A stretch of 64,000 nt of DNA. It comes from Trichosphaerium sp. ATCC 40318 (Eukaryota > Protista > Tubulinea). The translations under genes were made by a program, and so were the position numbers. Below the pieces are notes generated by a model that saw nothing but the letters and a program-made list of their open reading frames with translations, was not told where the DNA came from and made no database searches. This document shows, piece after piece, positions 62,348 to 64,000 of the stretch. The stretch covers positions 151,810 to 215,809 of the forward strand of contig JALMLS010000343.1 of assembly GCA_038496445.1 (NCBI GenBank), read 5' to 3'. Each line of letters opens with the position of its first letter. The first letter of the stretch is position 1.

Positions 62348-63391
62348 TTATACGTCTTTTATGTACTGAGCATACTCTTCCTTGTGCTCTTCACTCCACC
62401 TAGCAAGCGGTGGTCTTCTCTTGATAATGTCGTCTGCAGTCCATTGAATACACTTGTTGAACTTTTCGTTAGACATTTCAGCATCAGGACAAATCACATA
62501 AAACTGGTTTGTCTCATTAGCATTTATAGCCTCAACCAACATGTCCACAACTTGGCTTGGCATCCACGCGCCAGGGTGTGGCTTGTCCTCAGAGAAAGGA
62601 ACATTCTTAGCATCAAACTTTTCGCCAGCCTTACGCCTTATCTCCTTTAAGGCAATACTCGTATTAACCCATCCGGGAACGAGCAAAAGAGCACGGACTT
62701 TGCATCCTGGAGTAGTACGCAGTGTATGCTGTAACCCCTCAGTCACAACTTTAACTCCTGCCTTTGATACGTTGTAAGCGCAATCTCCTGGGGGAACGTG
62801 ATGCCCTGTTTGGATCCTGTATTGACAATAACTGCTTCAGTGCCTTGGTCGATCATGGCCTTGTTTGAAAGAGTCAGCTTTGAGAGAAGTCGTAAAAGAA
62901 GAAAAATTGTAGATTGCGGACAAATTGTTTTTAGCGTACTCACCTTGGAGAATACCTGTACGCCATATATTACACCGAATAGGTTAACTTGGAGGACTTT
63001 ATGCCATCTTTCAAGGTTTTCGGTTGGAGCTAGAGTTTAAAGTTATGAAACAACCATGAAGTGGTTTTTCTCTACGTGGGGTACCTCCTCCGCCGACTAT
63101 TCCAGCGTTGTTGAATAAAAAGTCAACTTTGCTCCATTTGGTGTAAACAGTATCTTTCAATGCCTGGACGCTCTCAAGCACAGAAACATCTGTAATTGAG
63201 CTTATAACGTCGTTTGAATCTGCAGCTAACGTCTTGACCTTCTCGATTGCTGTTTTCAATCCGCTTTCGTCGATATCGGCCATACACACCTTCATGCCTT
63301 GTTTGGCGCAGTACTTGGCTGTAGCCAGACCAATACCAGATGATGCGCCTGTAATAACAGCAACGTTTCCTTTAGATAGCACGCTTGTCAT
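62348..63391 (-). CDS. Short-chain dehydrogenase/reductase (SDR), with an apparent 1-nt frameshift at 62790-62794
   Basis: TGASSGIG, FNNAGI, VNLFG, VNTGSKQGIT, YNVSK catalytic motif, LLVPGWVNT. Confidence 0.9.
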
Positions 63392-64000
63392 TTCCGTGTA
63401 GAAGGGAGTAAATTGGTTTCAAACTGAAAACAACTTTTCGCCGGTTGTTAAGGAGGCGTGTACATAGTTCACAAGGTACGTATTCGCTCCGACACCCAAC
63501 AAAAACACCCATGAGAGTACACATGTTAAATTAAGCGCCAAAAACCTCAAAAGCGTAACACTGCGTTCTCAGATTTTATCAACATTTTATCACGTTTTCG
63601 ACTGATTCCATACTTTTTTTCATGTAGAGTCGCTGTTATTTTTCTAATTGTAGTGTTGTAATTGCTGATCTACATTCACTTTGGAACTCTGGGATCACGA
63701 AAACCGAACCTGCAGACCAATACTTACAACATTGTAAAACCAACAAAATTGATTTAAAACGTGGAAGCACCAGCGCTTCCAAACGTCAAAACATGTTTAT
63801 ATTATAGTAGAACAATAATCAGCAAGGCTACTGAGTTTGTAAACACTTAAAATCAGGCACGTAAAACAATGCAGATAGGTAAAAAATGATAGAGATGGTT
63901 TTTTTATAAACGTGTATTTGTATTAGTACATTAATAATAACAGCCAAAGCCCTATCTTAAATTGAACCTTTGGGCGACGCCCTCAATGTATTTATCAGTT

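Noticed and set aside
1-64000. Alternative genetic code, tRNA or rRNA genes
   Set aside because: Conserved genes translate cleanly in the standard code with TAA, TAG and TGA all used as stops. I recognised no tRNA or rRNA by eye; tRNAscan-SE/Infernal would be needed to exclude them.

Overview
AT-rich, gene-dense eukaryotic (protist-like) genomic DNA. It uses the standard genetic code and has many short GT-AG introns (donor often GTACGT). I reconstructed about 23 genes by manual splicing. Housekeeping genes: Rab geranylgeranyltransferase alpha (cut by the window start), Rheb, a sirtuin, a CCX/NCLX-type exchanger, an APE1/ExoIII endonuclease, an SDR, an EF-hand protein and a Tudor-like nuclear protein. 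The main feature is a ~16.7 kb minus-strand gene (44808-61534) encoding a giant protein of roughly 4,500 aa: poly-Ser, PB1-like domain, ~27 tandem same-phase exons of AHNAK-like Gly/Lys repeats each ending in poly-Ser, then PX and PH domains. Also notable are a GPI-type surface protein resembling the C-terminal region of animal FRAS1/FREM2, a HEPN (RxxxxH) plus coiled-coil protein beside a decayed MORN-repeat remnant, and intronless genes of bacterial/viral type (CAP, F-box-ankyrin, NMNAT-like). Further items are a prohormone-like secreted RPMG-repeat protein, a Ras-like GTPase lacking both switch motifs, a tandem pair of ependymin-like genes and strong CACGTG enrichment, much of it intronic. 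All family assignments come from motif recognition by eye, not database searches, and exon boundaries are approximate.
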